This document shows, piece after piece, positions 1-8,341 of a DNA stretch of 32,000 nucleotides. This DNA comes from Candidatus Saccharimonadota bacterium (GTDB lineage Bacteria > Patescibacteriota > Saccharimonadia > Saccharimonadales > Saccharimonadaceae), in the NCBI GenBank assembly GCA_020160975.1, contig JAIUPJ010000001.1, positions 660,001-692,000 of the forward strand, written 5' to 3'. A program made the position numbers and the translations under genes. Within the stretch, counting starts at the first letter, position 1. Each line of letters starts with the position of its first letter. Under the pieces are notes generated by a model. It was given only the letters and a program-made list of their open reading frames with translations, ran no database searches and was not told the origin of the DNA.

Positions 1-286
1 GGACACTGAGATCTTTCCAGGCCCTTAGGCTGGGGTAATTATATCCAAGCGTGTTGCTACGCAGGCCAAATCGTGCGCCGTGACGGGCTTCGTCATAGAG
101 CTGTGCGGCATGCAGGAGAGCTTTTGTGGGAACGTCACTCCAGTTTGGTGACTCGCCGCCAAAGGTATCCGCTTCGACGATGGCGACTTTTTTGCCTTCG
201 CGTGCTGCAATCGTGGCCGCCGCAGAGCCGCCAGCGCCGCTGCCGATGACGATGAGGTCGTAGTCAAATGATGGTTTCTTTGCCAT
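1..286 (-). CDS. FAD-dependent pyridine nucleotide-disulfide oxidoreductase family protein (N-terminal part; gene runs off left edge)
   Basis: Absent from the ORF track because there is no stop in the window. Reverse translation from ATG 286-284 gives MAKKPSFDYDLIVIGSGAGGSAAATIAAREGKKVAIVEADTFGGESPNWSDVPTKALLHAAQLYDEA... This has a GxGxxG Rossmann FAD motif and a class-I disulfide-reductase-like layout. AAGGAG lies 6 nt upstream. Confidence 0.75.
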   Translation of the reverse strand, partial: MAKKPSFDYDLIVIGSGAGGSAAATIAAREGKKVAIVEADTFGGESPNWSDVPTKALLHAAQLYDEARHGARFGLRSNTLGYNYPSLRAWKDLSV

Positions 287-296
287 AGAGGTCTCC

Positions 297-584
297 TTAC
301 ATGATCACTTTGTGATGTTGGTAAATATAGGCAGCATCTGGGTGAAATCGCTTCAGTGTTCGACTTGCCTGGTGGCGGATATCCGCGCTAGTGATCTCGG
401 GCTTGTCGGTACACCAGATGATCACTGCGTCACAGACTTTCTGGGCAGTCTCGGCGGCCTGGCCTTCAGGAGAACGGACACTGAGACAGGCAGCGTGAAT
501 ACTGCGACGAAGTTTGTTGTGGTCGAAACGCTCCGGGGCACGCTTGCCATTTCGCTTGACGACATCGACGGCGAGTTGACTCAT
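297..584 (-). CDS. stand-alone ATP-cone domain protein
   Basis: 95-aa ORF. VVKRNGKRAPERFDHNKLRRSIHAA...ITSADIRHQASRTLKRFHPDAAYIY matches the ATP-cone pattern (KRdG..e.F...Ki..si...). The start overlaps the upstream gene stop (ATGA), and its own stop overlaps the next SD. Confidence 0.7.
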   Translation of the reverse strand: MSQLAVDVVKRNGKRAPERFDHNKLRRSIHAACLSVRSPEGQAAETAQKVCDAVIIWCTDKPEITSADIRHQASRTLKRFHPDAAYIYQHHKVIM

Positions 585-1306
585 TTGAGTGTCACATTTC
601 CTGCCACCGCCGCGAGGGCGACGACATTTGCGTAGATAAATGCTCCCAGCACGAGAAACCCGCTGCCTGCAATAAATTGGAGGAAGTGCTTGTTTTGCTC
701 GCGCCAGCGTTGAATATCGCTGATTTTGTGTCCGCTGCCGATGAGAACGACTACGATGCCTGCACCAAGAGATGCGATGAGGGTGTACAGAAACAGTGCG
801 GGGAGCTGCCAGCGGTGTGGCAAGTAGCTCAGCGAACAGGCAGCAGCAAGTGCTGGCGCGATCATAAAGATCAACTCGGCAATTACACTAGTGAGTCCGA
901 GACTGAAACTCTCGCTAGCAGAAGTAGCGCTCTTTGCACGGGTGCTAAGAAACCTCGCCATACTACGCGGTATCCAGAGTGCCGTACCGGCCTGACGGCG
1001 GTAGTAAAATACCCAGATTGCTATTCCGAGACCGATCAGCAGGCCACAGACGACCGCCCAGACGGCGAGGGGAATGTAGGCGCGGAACAATGAGCTCAAG
1101 ACTGCTGTCAAGAATGAGACGACCAACATCGTCATCGTTACCGTACCTCCGAGAAATCCAAGTGTCAGGCGGGTGGTCTGGGCACCTGAGTGTTTTTTGC
1201 CAATCGAATGACTACTCAGCAGTGTTACCATGCTGATGCTCAGCTGAAAGGTAGCATGCATCAGCCCGGCAAGGGCGATGATAGCAAGTGCAGTAACGGT
1301 ATCCAT
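581..1306 (-). CDS. hypothetical polytopic membrane protein (about 6 TM segments)
   Basis: 241-aa ORF with repeated hydrophobic stretches. It is translationally coupled to the ATP-cone gene. No family recognised. Confidence 0.6.
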   Translation of the reverse strand: MDTVTALAIIALAGLMHATFQLSISMVTLLSSHSIGKKHSGAQTTRLTLGFLGGTVTMTMLVVSFLTAVLSSLFRAYIPLAVWAVVCGLLIGLGIAIWVFYYRRQAGTALWIPRSMARFLSTRAKSATSASESFSLGLTSVIAELIFMIAPALAAACSLSYLPHRWQLPALFLYTLIASLGAGIVVVLIGSGHKISDIQRWREQNKHFLQFIAGSGFLVLGAFIYANVVALAAVAGNVTLK

Positions 1307-1469
1307 AATTGTTTGTCTTTTTATAGTCCTCTTGCTAATTTATACCATAAGCACTACTGTCAAGTCAAAGAAATAGATATATTCTTTTAAAAAGGTATTG
1401 CTTTTTTTGCAAGTCTATGCTATATTAAGTACATAAGTTAATCAAACAACAAAAAAGGCAAACACAACA

Positions 1470-1613
1470 ATGGAAAGCACCACCACAGAAGCAGTAACCC
1501 TCGGCGATATCATGAATCTTGCGACATGGAACCGCCCACGAACAAATGTCGAACTGCGTTCGTTCGTCAACGCCCATGATGATGCGTTGGATGTCGAAGA
1601 CTTTGACTTCTAG
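1470..1613 (+). CDS. possible small acidic protein (47 aa), hypothetical
   Basis: ATG..TAG ORF below the track cutoff: MESTTTEAVTLGDIMNLATWNRPRTNVELRSFVNAHDDALDVEDFDF. A possible promoter is TTGCTT(1398-1403)-17-TATATT(1421-1426). There is no clear SD. Confidence 0.25.
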   Translation: MESTTTEAVTLGDIMNLATWNRPRTNVELRSFVNAHDDALDVEDFDF

Positions 1614-1705
1614 ACAACAGCAAAATTGTGAAAAATATCCTACATGAAAGGCTCCCGCCTCGATACACTGCGAAGGTAATGTAATCGATAAAGGAGTCTT
1701 TTACT

Positions 1706-2089
1706 ATGGAACAAAAAACAACCTCCACAGTTGTACGTGATGAGCCGGTGGCGACATCAGTAACTGAGGCTGATCGTACGGTAGAAAAGACCAACAGTAG
1801 TGTTGTCGCGGCGCGCGTCGTTTGGTATATTGTTGGATTTATCCTGGTGCTGCTTGCCATTCGTGTGATTCTGTTCCTGCTCGGGGCAAATCAAGGCTCG
1901 GCCTTTGTCGACTTTATCTACGCCATCAGCGGAGTATTTGCCGCGCCATTTACGGGTATCTTCCCTGCGCCAACCTACGGCAAGTTCTTCTTTGATACGG
2001 CGAGCGTCGTGGCTATGGTAGTATACGCGCTTGTGGGGTGGGGTATTACCAAACTCTTCACCTTGACGCATCGTGACACGACAGTCTAG
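1706..2089 (+). CDS. YggT-family-like small membrane protein
   Basis: 127 aa. RVILFLLGANQGSAFVDFIYAISGVFAAPFTGIFP...ASVVAMVVYALVGW resembles the YGGT repeat. AAAGGAG lies upstream of the ATG. Confidence 0.55.
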   Translation: MEQKTTSTVVRDEPVATSVTEADRTVEKTNSSVVAARVVWYIVGFILVLLAIRVILFLLGANQGSAFVDFIYAISGVFAAPFTGIFPAPTYGKFFFDTASVVAMVVYALVGWGITKLFTLTHRDTTV

Positions 2090-2104
2090 AAGTGTTCAAA
2101 AATC

Positions 2105-2147
2105 ATAGCATACGCACTACGCGGTTTTTGCGTGGTGCGTATGCTAT
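2105..2147. terminator. long perfect hairpin between the yggT-like gene and the next gene (terminator-like, no U tract on + strand)
   Basis: ATAGCATACGCACTACGC-ggttttt-GCGTGGTGCGTATGCTAT is an 18-bp stem. Its 3' arm overlaps a TATACT -10 box (2145-2150). On the minus strand it is followed by GATTTTTG. Confidence 0.4.
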
Positions 2148-2176
2148 ACTGATCGAAGATAAGCAGGAGTTTTTTG

Positions 2177-3484
2177 ATGGACGAGCTGGACAAAAAACAA
2201 AGTGATAGCGAAGCGCAAGAGGTATCGGTGCGTAAAACGCCAACAAAGCCAATTGATAAAAGCGAAAAAATGCTAGAAGCGTCCGATGTAGAAGACTTTC
2301 TGCCTGAACATACTCAATCTGTGGCGTGGCAGCCAGAAAAAACCGAGCGAGTGAAAGAAGTGCCGCTACCGACGGCAACTGTTGTCCAACAGCCCGCTAC
2401 CGTCTCTGCCACATCACCAGTCCTTGCCAAGGAATCAGGGTCGGGAGGGCTGCTGGTACTCCAGTGGCTCAGCTATGCGTTTTGGTTATGGTTTGCAGTC
2501 TCAACCGCCTGGCTTGCTGGTGTGGTGATCAATTATTATGTATCGCATAGTCATGCGTACGAATGGGGCGGCCAGTTAGCCTACCCACTTGCTGCGGTAA
2601 TTATCATGCTGATTATTTCAGTGGTGACTGACTGGTTCTATGCCAAACATGAGCCAGCCAAGAAGACCGGTGGAGCGAATATCATTATGCTGCTACATGT
2701 CGTTCCGTTTGTACTTTTTGCAATCGGTTCGCTGATTACACTCGTATTCTCGCTGATCACTATGCTGCTCAATAGCGATCCTGTTAACAATGTCGACGGG
2801 CCGCTCCAGGTGATGCTGGTTGCGGCAGTGACGGCGGTGTTATTCGGCATCATCTCGGCGCGAGCATTTCTCGGTGAACGACGCCGGGCGCGTACGATTG
2901 TCTGGATTGTGGCAGGTGTGTTGGCGCTTGGATTTATCATTGCATCAATTGCTGGCCCAGCAGCAGAAGCTGGTCGTACGAAGCGAGATCGGCTGATCGA
3001 GACGGCATTGCCATCACTTTCGAGTGATATCCGTGAATATACCGTTAAATATAACAAACTTCCCGCGAAACTTAGTGATGTTACTCACAATGATACGTCT
3101 AGCGCAGCGGCCGTTCAGAAGTTGATTGACCAAAATCTCGTAACCTACAAGCCGAACTCGCTGCCCCCAGAAGATGGCAGTTCGTTTACGCCAGGTGACG
3201 ATCCTGTCGCTATGAATGGGAGCAGCAAAACTAGTTCGTCGACCGCATATCCCTATGACTACACGCAGGCAAAGCACTACTTTTACCAGCTTTGCACAAC
3301 GTACCAGTACGAAAAGAAGAGTCGATACAATTATTCTGACATTCGACCTACCTATACAACTGACCTGTCTTCAGGTGCGACGGCTGATTATCGGTATGAC
3401 TATGTGAGTAGTATCTCGGAGCATCCAGCAGGGCAGGTATGCTATAACCTCTATGCTGATGGCGCAGCAACGTATAAGTACTAA
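2177..3484 (+). CDS. hypothetical membrane protein with C-terminal extracytoplasmic Tyr/Thr-rich two-Cys domain
   Basis: The track ORF starts at TTG 2174. ATG 2177 sits 7 nt after AGGAG (2165-2169). There are several TM helices in the centre. The C-terminal part (LPSLSSDIREYTVKYNKLPAKLSDV...C...C) has a pilin-like flavour. No family assigned. Confidence 0.6.
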   Translation: MDELDKKQSDSEAQEVSVRKTPTKPIDKSEKMLEASDVEDFLPEHTQSVAWQPEKTERVKEVPLPTATVVQQPATVSATSPVLAKESGSGGLLVLQWLSYAFWLWFAVSTAWLAGVVINYYVSHSHAYEWGGQLAYPLAAVIIMLIISVVTDWFYAKHEPAKKTGGANIIMLLHVVPFVLFAIGSLITLVFSLITMLLNSDPVNNVDGPLQVMLVAAVTAVLFGIISARAFLGERRRARTIVWIVAGVLALGFIIASIAGPAAEAGRTKRDRLIETALPSLSSDIREYTVKYNKLPAKLSDVTHNDTSSAAAVQKLIDQNLVTYKPNSLPPEDGSSFTPGDDPVAMNGSSKTSSSTAYPYDYTQAKHYFYQLCTTYQYEKKSRYNYSDIRPTYTTDLSSGATADYRYDYVSSISEHPAGQVCYNLYADGAATYKY

Positions 3485-3555
3485 CGAGGATAAAAGCTTG
3501 GTGCGCACGCAGAGTAAACGTTGAGTCGCAGGATCATTCTACCATCCTACTAAAG

Positions 3556-3581
3556 AAAAACTCCCACATATAATGTGAGAG
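3556..3581 (-). terminator. intrinsic terminator downstream of tRNA(CAU)
   Basis: Minus-strand reading is CTCTCACAT-tat-ATGTGGGAG followed by TTTTTCTTT, directly after the tRNA 3' end. Confidence 0.6.
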
Positions 3582-3589
3582 TCTTTCCT

Positions 3590-3666
3590 TGGTAGCACCG
3601 ACAGGGTATGATCCTGTGACCTCAGGCTTATGAGTCCTGCGCTCTAACCAACTGAGCTACGGTGCC
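3590..3666 (-). tRNA. tRNA with CAU anticodon (elongator Met or lysidine-dependent Ile2; not initiator-like)
   Basis: Reverse complement is GGCACCG TA GCTC AGTTGGTTA GAGC G CAGGA CTCATAA GCCTG AGGTC ACAGG ATCATAC CCTGT CGGTGCT A CCA. The cloverleaf is complete, CCA is encoded, and the anticodon loop is CU-CAU-AA. The anticodon stem lacks the three G-C pairs of initiators. Confidence 0.85.
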
Positions 3667-3998
3667 TCGGAGATGAGACAAAACCGGATGGTTTTTCTCA
3701 TCGTTCATCAGCAAAGTTGAGTTTGCTAAAGCAAAACCAAGTTCACTGCTCTTTTTCCTTTCAGCTGCGAAAGGCAAGAACTCAGATGATTATAGCAGAG
3801 GTGGTGGGGGATTTCCAGAGCGGGCTTCGGAGGTGTATAATAGAAGTACTCCAGGTGATACTCACTACTCGCTGTACGGGCAAGCGTCCCTCACCCATGG
3901 ATTCATCGTATTCGTCTTCGGACTTTTCACTAAGAACGGGTGAATAGGACGGGCGAGCCACACGATATCGTTCTCTAATTAAGATTGGAGATACTTTT

Positions 3999-4151
3999 AT
4001 GAATGATGAATTCACTTCTATTGCACAACATTATATTGAAACTCCCCCTACCGCGCATCGCCCAGAGCGCATCGACACAATCCTCAAAAAACGTATGAAA
4101 GACTTTTTGCTCACACGCCAGCAGAAACTGTGGCAGGAGGGCAAGCTGTGA
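3999..4151 (+). CDS. possible small protein (50 aa), hypothetical
   Basis: ATG lies 8 nt after GGAG (3987-3990). Sequence is MNDEFTSIAQHYIETPPTAHRPERIDTILKKRMKDFLLTRQQKLWQEGKL. The stop overlaps the GTG of the next ORF (GTGA). Confidence 0.35.
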   Translation: MNDEFTSIAQHYIETPPTAHRPERIDTILKKRMKDFLLTRQQKLWQEGKL

Positions 4152-4411
4152 ATGATGGGCTGCTACTCAATGAACGGGTGGAGGTAATCGCTACGTTTGG
4201 CACCGGCCTTAACCTGTGTCGACCACGAAAGTTTCGTCGTGCCAATGGCAGGGAAATAGAAAACACTGAAATTGGGTTGGTGCATCCAGCGAGCCAAAGG
4301 CGGCGAACGGTTCATATGTTTGACGTGACCGACGGCGGAGCCGACTATAGGCTAGAATTTGACAGTTTTCAGCTGACCTGGCGGCTCGTGATGAAGGGTG
4401 ACCGTGTTTGA
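4148..4411 (+). CDS. possible small protein (87 aa), hypothetical
   Basis: In-frame GTG at 4148 is coupled to the upstream ORF (the track start is 4130). Sequence is VNDGLLLNERVEVIATFG...RPRKFRRANGREIENTEIGLVH...HMFDVTDGGADYRLEFDSFQLTWRLV. It reads like a small beta-rich domain. Family not assigned. Confidence 0.4.
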   Translation: MNDGLLLNERVEVIATFGTGLNLCRPRKFRRANGREIENTEIGLVHPASQRRRTVHMFDVTDGGADYRLEFDSFQLTWRLVMKGDRV

Positions 4412-4419
4412 AAGGCAGA

Positions 4420-4683
4420 ATGACTGCATTCCAGGGGGTTTGGGGGGATCTGCGGACACCGAAAAAGCGAAAGCTTTTTGTCCTGGTATATCGAGCACGA
4501 GTTTTGCTCCACGCGCAGATAGCCAAGACAAAACGATTGAGTATGAGGCAATTGCTAGTGGGTCAAAATGGGGATGTGTGGCTCAAGGAAGCCAAGCAAC
4601 CATGTCTTGACCTAGTGGGGCTAGAACGATGGCAGAGCCCCAAGCGATTTTTAAGAAAGGCTCCGTATACTTTTGCAAGGTAA
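4420..4683 (+). CDS. possible small basic protein (87 aa), hypothetical; may instead be non-coding
   Basis: ATG lies 9 nt after the previous stop. The product is Arg/Lys-rich. The same DNA folds into several strong hairpins, so coding status is uncertain. Confidence 0.25.
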   Translation: MTAFQGVWGDLRTPKKRKLFVLVYRARVLLHAQIAKTKRLSMRQLLVGQNGDVWLKEAKQPCLDLVGLERWQSPKRFLRKAPYTFAR

Positions 4684-4706
4684 TAACCTAACAAAAGGAG
4701 TAATGC

Positions 4707-5279
4707 ATGAAGAAACAATTAGTAATCGCAAGTACGGTCGCGACACTAGGTCTGGCGGGGCTGGCTGGCGGGGCAGCCTATGCTACGACGCAATCAGGCT
4801 CGACAACTGACCCAATGGGCAGTCTCGTTAGCGCCATCGCCACAAAATTTAACCTGAAGACAGCAGATGTACAGGCGGTCTTTGACGCTAATCGCACGCA
4901 AATGGAAGCGCAGCGCGAACAGGCGGTGAAAGATCAGGTAGCGCAGCTCGTCAAGGACGGCAAGCTGACGCAGGCCCAGGCGGATAAGATCAACGCCAAG
5001 CGTGCGGAGCTCGAAAAAGAGCGAGAAGCAGAGCGAACTGCTGATCAGAATTTGAGCGAATCTGAGCGTCAGGCCAAAATGGAGGCGCGACGCACCGAAA
5101 TGGATGCCAAGAAGACCGCGCTGGATACCTGGCTGAAAGATAACGATATCGATACGCAGTACAGCTACCTTTTGATGGGTGGTGGTCGCGGCCATGGACA
5201 CGGTGGCCCTCATGGTGAGAATGCAGACTCGACAACGTCAAGCACGACGAATACGACCTCAACTAGTTCATCGAACTAA
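4707..5279 (+). CDS. secreted coiled-coil protein with Gly/His-rich and Ser/Thr-rich tail, hypothetical
   Basis: AAGGAG (4695-4700) is upstream. Signal peptide is MKKQLVIASTVATLGLAGLAGGAAYA. A charged heptad-like region follows (QREQAVKDQVAQLVKDGKLTQAQADKINAKRAELEKERE), then GGGRGHGHGGPHGE and TTSSTTNTTSTSSSN. Confidence 0.7.
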   Translation: MKKQLVIASTVATLGLAGLAGGAAYATTQSGSTTDPMGSLVSAIATKFNLKTADVQAVFDANRTQMEAQREQAVKDQVAQLVKDGKLTQAQADKINAKRAELEKEREAERTADQNLSESERQAKMEARRTEMDAKKTALDTWLKDNDIDTQYSYLLMGGGRGHGHGGPHGENADSTTSSTTNTTSTSSSN

Positions 5280-5304
5280 TTACTTACATCGTCCTCACGC
5301 AGTA

Positions 5305-5331
5305 AAGCCGCCCACAATACGTGGGCGGCTT
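5305..5331 (+). terminator. strong GC hairpin after the secreted-protein gene
   Basis: AAGCCGCCCAC-aatac-GTGGGCGGCTT is an 11-bp stem. The U tract is weak (TGCTATAC follows). Confidence 0.5.
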
Positions 5332-5345
5332 GCTATACTAGAAGT

Positions 5346-5519
5346 ATGAACAAGCTATTGATCACAATCGGAGCGACCATCGGATCGACAGTCGGCGCAT
5401 TGCTGCCGCAATTATGGGGAGACCATGACTTTTTGAGTCTTGCCTCTCTCTCGTTCGGATTTATCGGCGGTGTTGTCGGTATTTGGCTTGGCGTAAAGGC
5501 AGCACGACAGCTGAGCTGA
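5346..5519 (+). CDS. small two-TM membrane protein (57 aa), hypothetical
   Basis: Below the track cutoff. Sequence is MNKLLITIGATIGSTVGALLPQLWGDHDFLSLASLSFGFIGGVVGIWLGVKAARQLS. TATACT (5334-5339) lies 6 nt before the ATG. The stop overlaps the tilS ATG (TGATG). Confidence 0.5.
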   Translation: MNKLLITIGATIGSTVGALLPQLWGDHDFLSLASLSFGFIGGVVGIWLGVKAARQLS

Positions 5520-6403
5520 TGACGTACATTGTGGCTGTCAGTGGAGGTGTAGACTCAGTGTGCTTGCTCGATATGCTAGCACGTACAAACAGCAGCCAGC
5601 AAAGCAGTGATGGCATGCGTCAATATCAGGGAGCAACCTTTTCTCGTGTCATCGTTGCTCATGTTAACCATGGGATTCGTGATGATGCGGCGGCAGATGC
5701 AAGATTTGTGGCAGGTCTAGCTAGACAATACCAAAAACCTTTTGTCTCAGTCGAGCTGAAATTGGGCAAAGGAGCAAGTGAAGAACGAGCACGGACGGCA
5801 CGATACGATTTTTTGTTTGAACTTGCCAAAAAACACAGTGCCACGCTGATAACGGCGCATCATGCTGATGACATGGTTGAGACGATTGCGATTAACACTG
5901 AGAGAGGTACGGGATGGCGTGGCCTGGCAGTGCTCGCGCGGCCTGGTGTGGTTCGTCCCCTTTTGGGACTGACTAAGCAGCAGTTGTATGACTATGCGCT
6001 CGAACATCGCCTTGAGTGGGTGGAAGACAGTACAAACCAGACCGACGCCTACTTACGCAACCGGTTGCGACGAGTTATCTCTGATCGGTCTGTTGACTAT
6101 ACAGTGATGGCGCAGTTGCGCGCAGAGCAACTACAGCTGAGGAGTGCAATTGACTATGAAGTGGCACGTATCAACGCGCGCCATAGAAGCTCGCGGCATT
6201 TTCTCACGCTGATTGATGAACAAGTGGCAATGGAGCTTCTCGGCGCAGAATTACAACTACTCATGGGGCGACGACCAACCAGGCCGCAGCTACAACGTGC
6301 ATTGCTCGCGGTAAAAACAGGGAAGGCGGGCTCTCGACATCATATTGGCGAAAAGATCGTACTGCAGCTAACCGCTCGAAAATACCAGATGTCAGTGCTA
6401 TAA
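5519..6403 (+). CDS. tilS: tRNA(Ile)-lysidine synthetase
   Basis: MTYIVAVSGGVDSVCLLDML carries the PP-loop SGGxDS motif. AHHADDMVETIAIN and DSTNQ motifs are typical of TilS. The track start at 5483 is an upstream non-ATG extension, so ATG 5519 is preferred. Confidence 0.9.
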   Translation: MTYIVAVSGGVDSVCLLDMLARTNSSQQSSDGMRQYQGATFSRVIVAHVNHGIRDDAAADARFVAGLARQYQKPFVSVELKLGKGASEERARTARYDFLFELAKKHSATLITAHHADDMVETIAINTERGTGWRGLAVLARPGVVRPLLGLTKQQLYDYALEHRLEWVEDSTNQTDAYLRNRLRRVISDRSVDYTVMAQLRAEQLQLRSAIDYEVARINARHRSSRHFLTLIDEQVAMELLGAELQLLMGRRPTRPQLQRALLAVKTGKAGSRHHIGEKIVLQLTARKYQMSVL

Positions 6404-6459
6404 TTAACAAGAGTTATTAGCGATACCTAGCAGACAGAATACGAAAGGACCCACTATTC

Positions 6460-8322
6460 ATGGGCAAGAAACCAACGGGAAAATTTAGTAATGTGATTCG
6501 CCTCAGTCTTTTTTGGGCGATTTTGATTGTGTCGACACTCGCGGTCTGGGCAATTACCATGCCGCACACTTCGCTCAAGGACGTACCAATCTCGCAGGTG
6601 ATTAGTGATGCAAATGCCGGCAAGCTGTCAAAGATCGAAGGTCAAGGAAGTGACCTGACTGTCACGGTGAAAGGCGAAGACAAGCCATCGCAAAAGACCT
6701 ATATTCAGGGGGGTGTCTCGGCGTTGCTCAAGGAAGGCATTCTCAATGATGCCGGCAAGAAGATTGTGGCTGACGGCCCGCCGTCTGAAGCCGGAACGAC
6801 ATTTTGGAATCTGGCGACGATTATCGTGCCAGTGGTGCTAATTGTCGGATTTTTCATGTTTATGATGCGCCAAGCGCAGGGGCAGAACAACCAAGCTATG
6901 AGCTTCGGTAAGAGCAAGGCAAAACTATATGGCCTCGACAAAGAGCGCGTGACATTTGAGGATATCGCCGGCAACGATAGCGCCAAACAAGATCTCGAAG
7001 AAGTCGTGGATTTCCTCAAGCATCCCAAGAAGTACGAAAGTCTCGGTGCGAAAATTCCAAAAGGCGTGCTGCTGGTCGGCAATCCTGGTACCGGTAAGAC
7101 GATGTTGGCGCGCGCAGTAGCTGGCGAGGCAAATGTACCGTTCTTCAGCATCTCCGGTTCAGAATTTGTCGAGATGTTTGTCGGTGTTGGCGCATCACGC
7201 GTGCGCGATCTTTTCACCAAGGCCAAGAAAAATGCTCCAGCGATTATTTTTATCGATGAGATCGATGCCGTAGGTCGCAAGCGCGGTAGCGGTATGGGCG
7301 GAGGTCACGATGAACGCGAACAAACGCTCAACCAGATTTTGGTTGAAATGGACGGATTTGAGTCTGGCACAAATGTGATTGTGCTTGCAGCCACAAACCG
7401 CGCCGATGTACTTGACCCTGCCTTACTACGTCCTGGCCGTTTTGATCGCCACACAAACATTACTTTGCCTGAGCGCAAAGACCGTGAAGCGATTTTGAAG
7501 GTGCACTTCAAGAACAAGCCAACCGACAATACGGTCAACCTCGACAAGCTTGCGGCCAAAACGGCGGGAAGTAGCGGTGCGGATCTTGCAAACATTGCCA
7601 ATGAGGCGGCTATCATTGCGGCACGACGTAATAGTAAGCACATCACGGGCAAGGATTTGACCGAGGCGTTTGAAAAAGTAGCGATCGGGCCTGAGCGCAA
7701 AGCCAAGGTTATGAATGATCGCGAAAAAGAAATGACAGCTTACCACGAGGCTGGGCACGCGATTGTTGGTCATGTTCTACCAGATAGTGACCCTGTTCAC
7801 AAAGTCACTATCATCCCGCGCGGTGGTACTGGCGGCGTGACCTGGTTCTTGCCACCAGAGGACAAGAGTTATACTAACGTCTACGAATTTAAAGACATCC
7901 TGGCTCGTGCCATGGGTGGACGTGTGGCGGAGAAGATTGTCTATGGTCCCGACGGCATCACGACCGGTGCGGGGAGTGACCTGCGCAAAGCAACTGAGAT
8001 CGCGCGCGATATGATTATCGAGCAAGGGATGGGCACAAAGCTTCGTGACCAGGTATTCCACGAAGACAATGGCGGCATGGTGTTTGATAAGATTACCCAC
8101 GAGCGGCCGTATAGTGACGCAACCGCCAAAGAGATTGATGCTGAAGTTGAGGCATTGATCAAGGAAGCGGGCCGTCGTGCTGAAGAAGTGATTGAAGCTA
8201 ACCGAGAGGTGCTCGATCGCATTAAGGACGCATTGTTGAAAGAAGAAACACTTGAAGAGGAAGATGCCTCGAAATTAATGGAGGATGCAGTGCTGCCGAA
8301 GGAGGCAATGCTTCACGCCTGA
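6460..8322 (+). CDS. ftsH: ATP-dependent zinc metalloprotease FtsH
   Basis: N-terminal TM segments are present. Walker A is GNPGTGKT and Walker B is IIFIDEID. An SRH region ([20 protein letters not shown]) and the HEAGHA zinc motif are also present. Confidence 0.97.
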   Translation: MGKKPTGKFSNVIRLSLFWAILIVSTLAVWAITMPHTSLKDVPISQVISDANAGKLSKIEGQGSDLTVTVKGEDKPSQKTYIQGGVSALLKEGILNDAGKKIVADGPPSEAGTTFWNLATIIVPVVLIVGFFMFMMRQAQGQNNQAMSFGKSKAKLYGLDKERVTFEDIAGNDSAKQDLEEVVDFLKHPKKYESLGAKIPKGVLLVGNPGTGKTMLARAVAGEANVPFFSISGSEFVEMFVGVGASRVRDLFTKAKKNAPAIIFIDEIDAVGRKRGSGMGGGHDEREQTLNQILVEMDGFESGTNVIVLAATNRADVLDPALLRPGRFDRHTNITLPERKDREAILKVHFKNKPTDNTVNLDKLAAKTAGSSGADLANIANEAAIIAARRNSKHITGKDLTEAFEKVAIGPERKAKVMNDREKEMTAYHEAGHAIVGHVLPDSDPVHKVTIIPRGGTGGVTWFLPPEDKSYTNVYEFKDILARAMGGRVAEKIVYGPDGITTGAGSDLRKATEIARDMIIEQGMGTKLRDQVFHEDNGGMVFDKITHERPYSDATAKEIDAEVEALIKEAGRRAEEVIEANREVLDRIKDALLKEETLEEEDASKLMEDAVLPKEAMLHA

Positions 8323-8341
8323 GTGAGGCACCGAGGCTATT

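Noticed and set aside
3670-3990. Possible RNase P RNA (or tmRNA) on the minus strand, directly upstream of tRNA(CAU). Motifs seen were GUGAAAAGUCCGAAG (CR-I-like), GGGUGAGGGACG, CACCUGGAGUA and GCUGAUGAACGAUGAGAAAAACCAUCCGGUUUU (CR-IV/V-like).
   Set aside because: The motifs are only partial matches. They lie about 30-40 nt apart where the S-domain should occupy more than 150 nt. The GGGUGA segment is better explained as one strand of a local helix with UCACCC. The CR-V-like stretch forms a self-contained perfect hairpin, and no P1/P2 partner strands were found. No tRNA-like 3' end or tag ORF for a tmRNA was found either. The region is kept only as an unassigned structured region.
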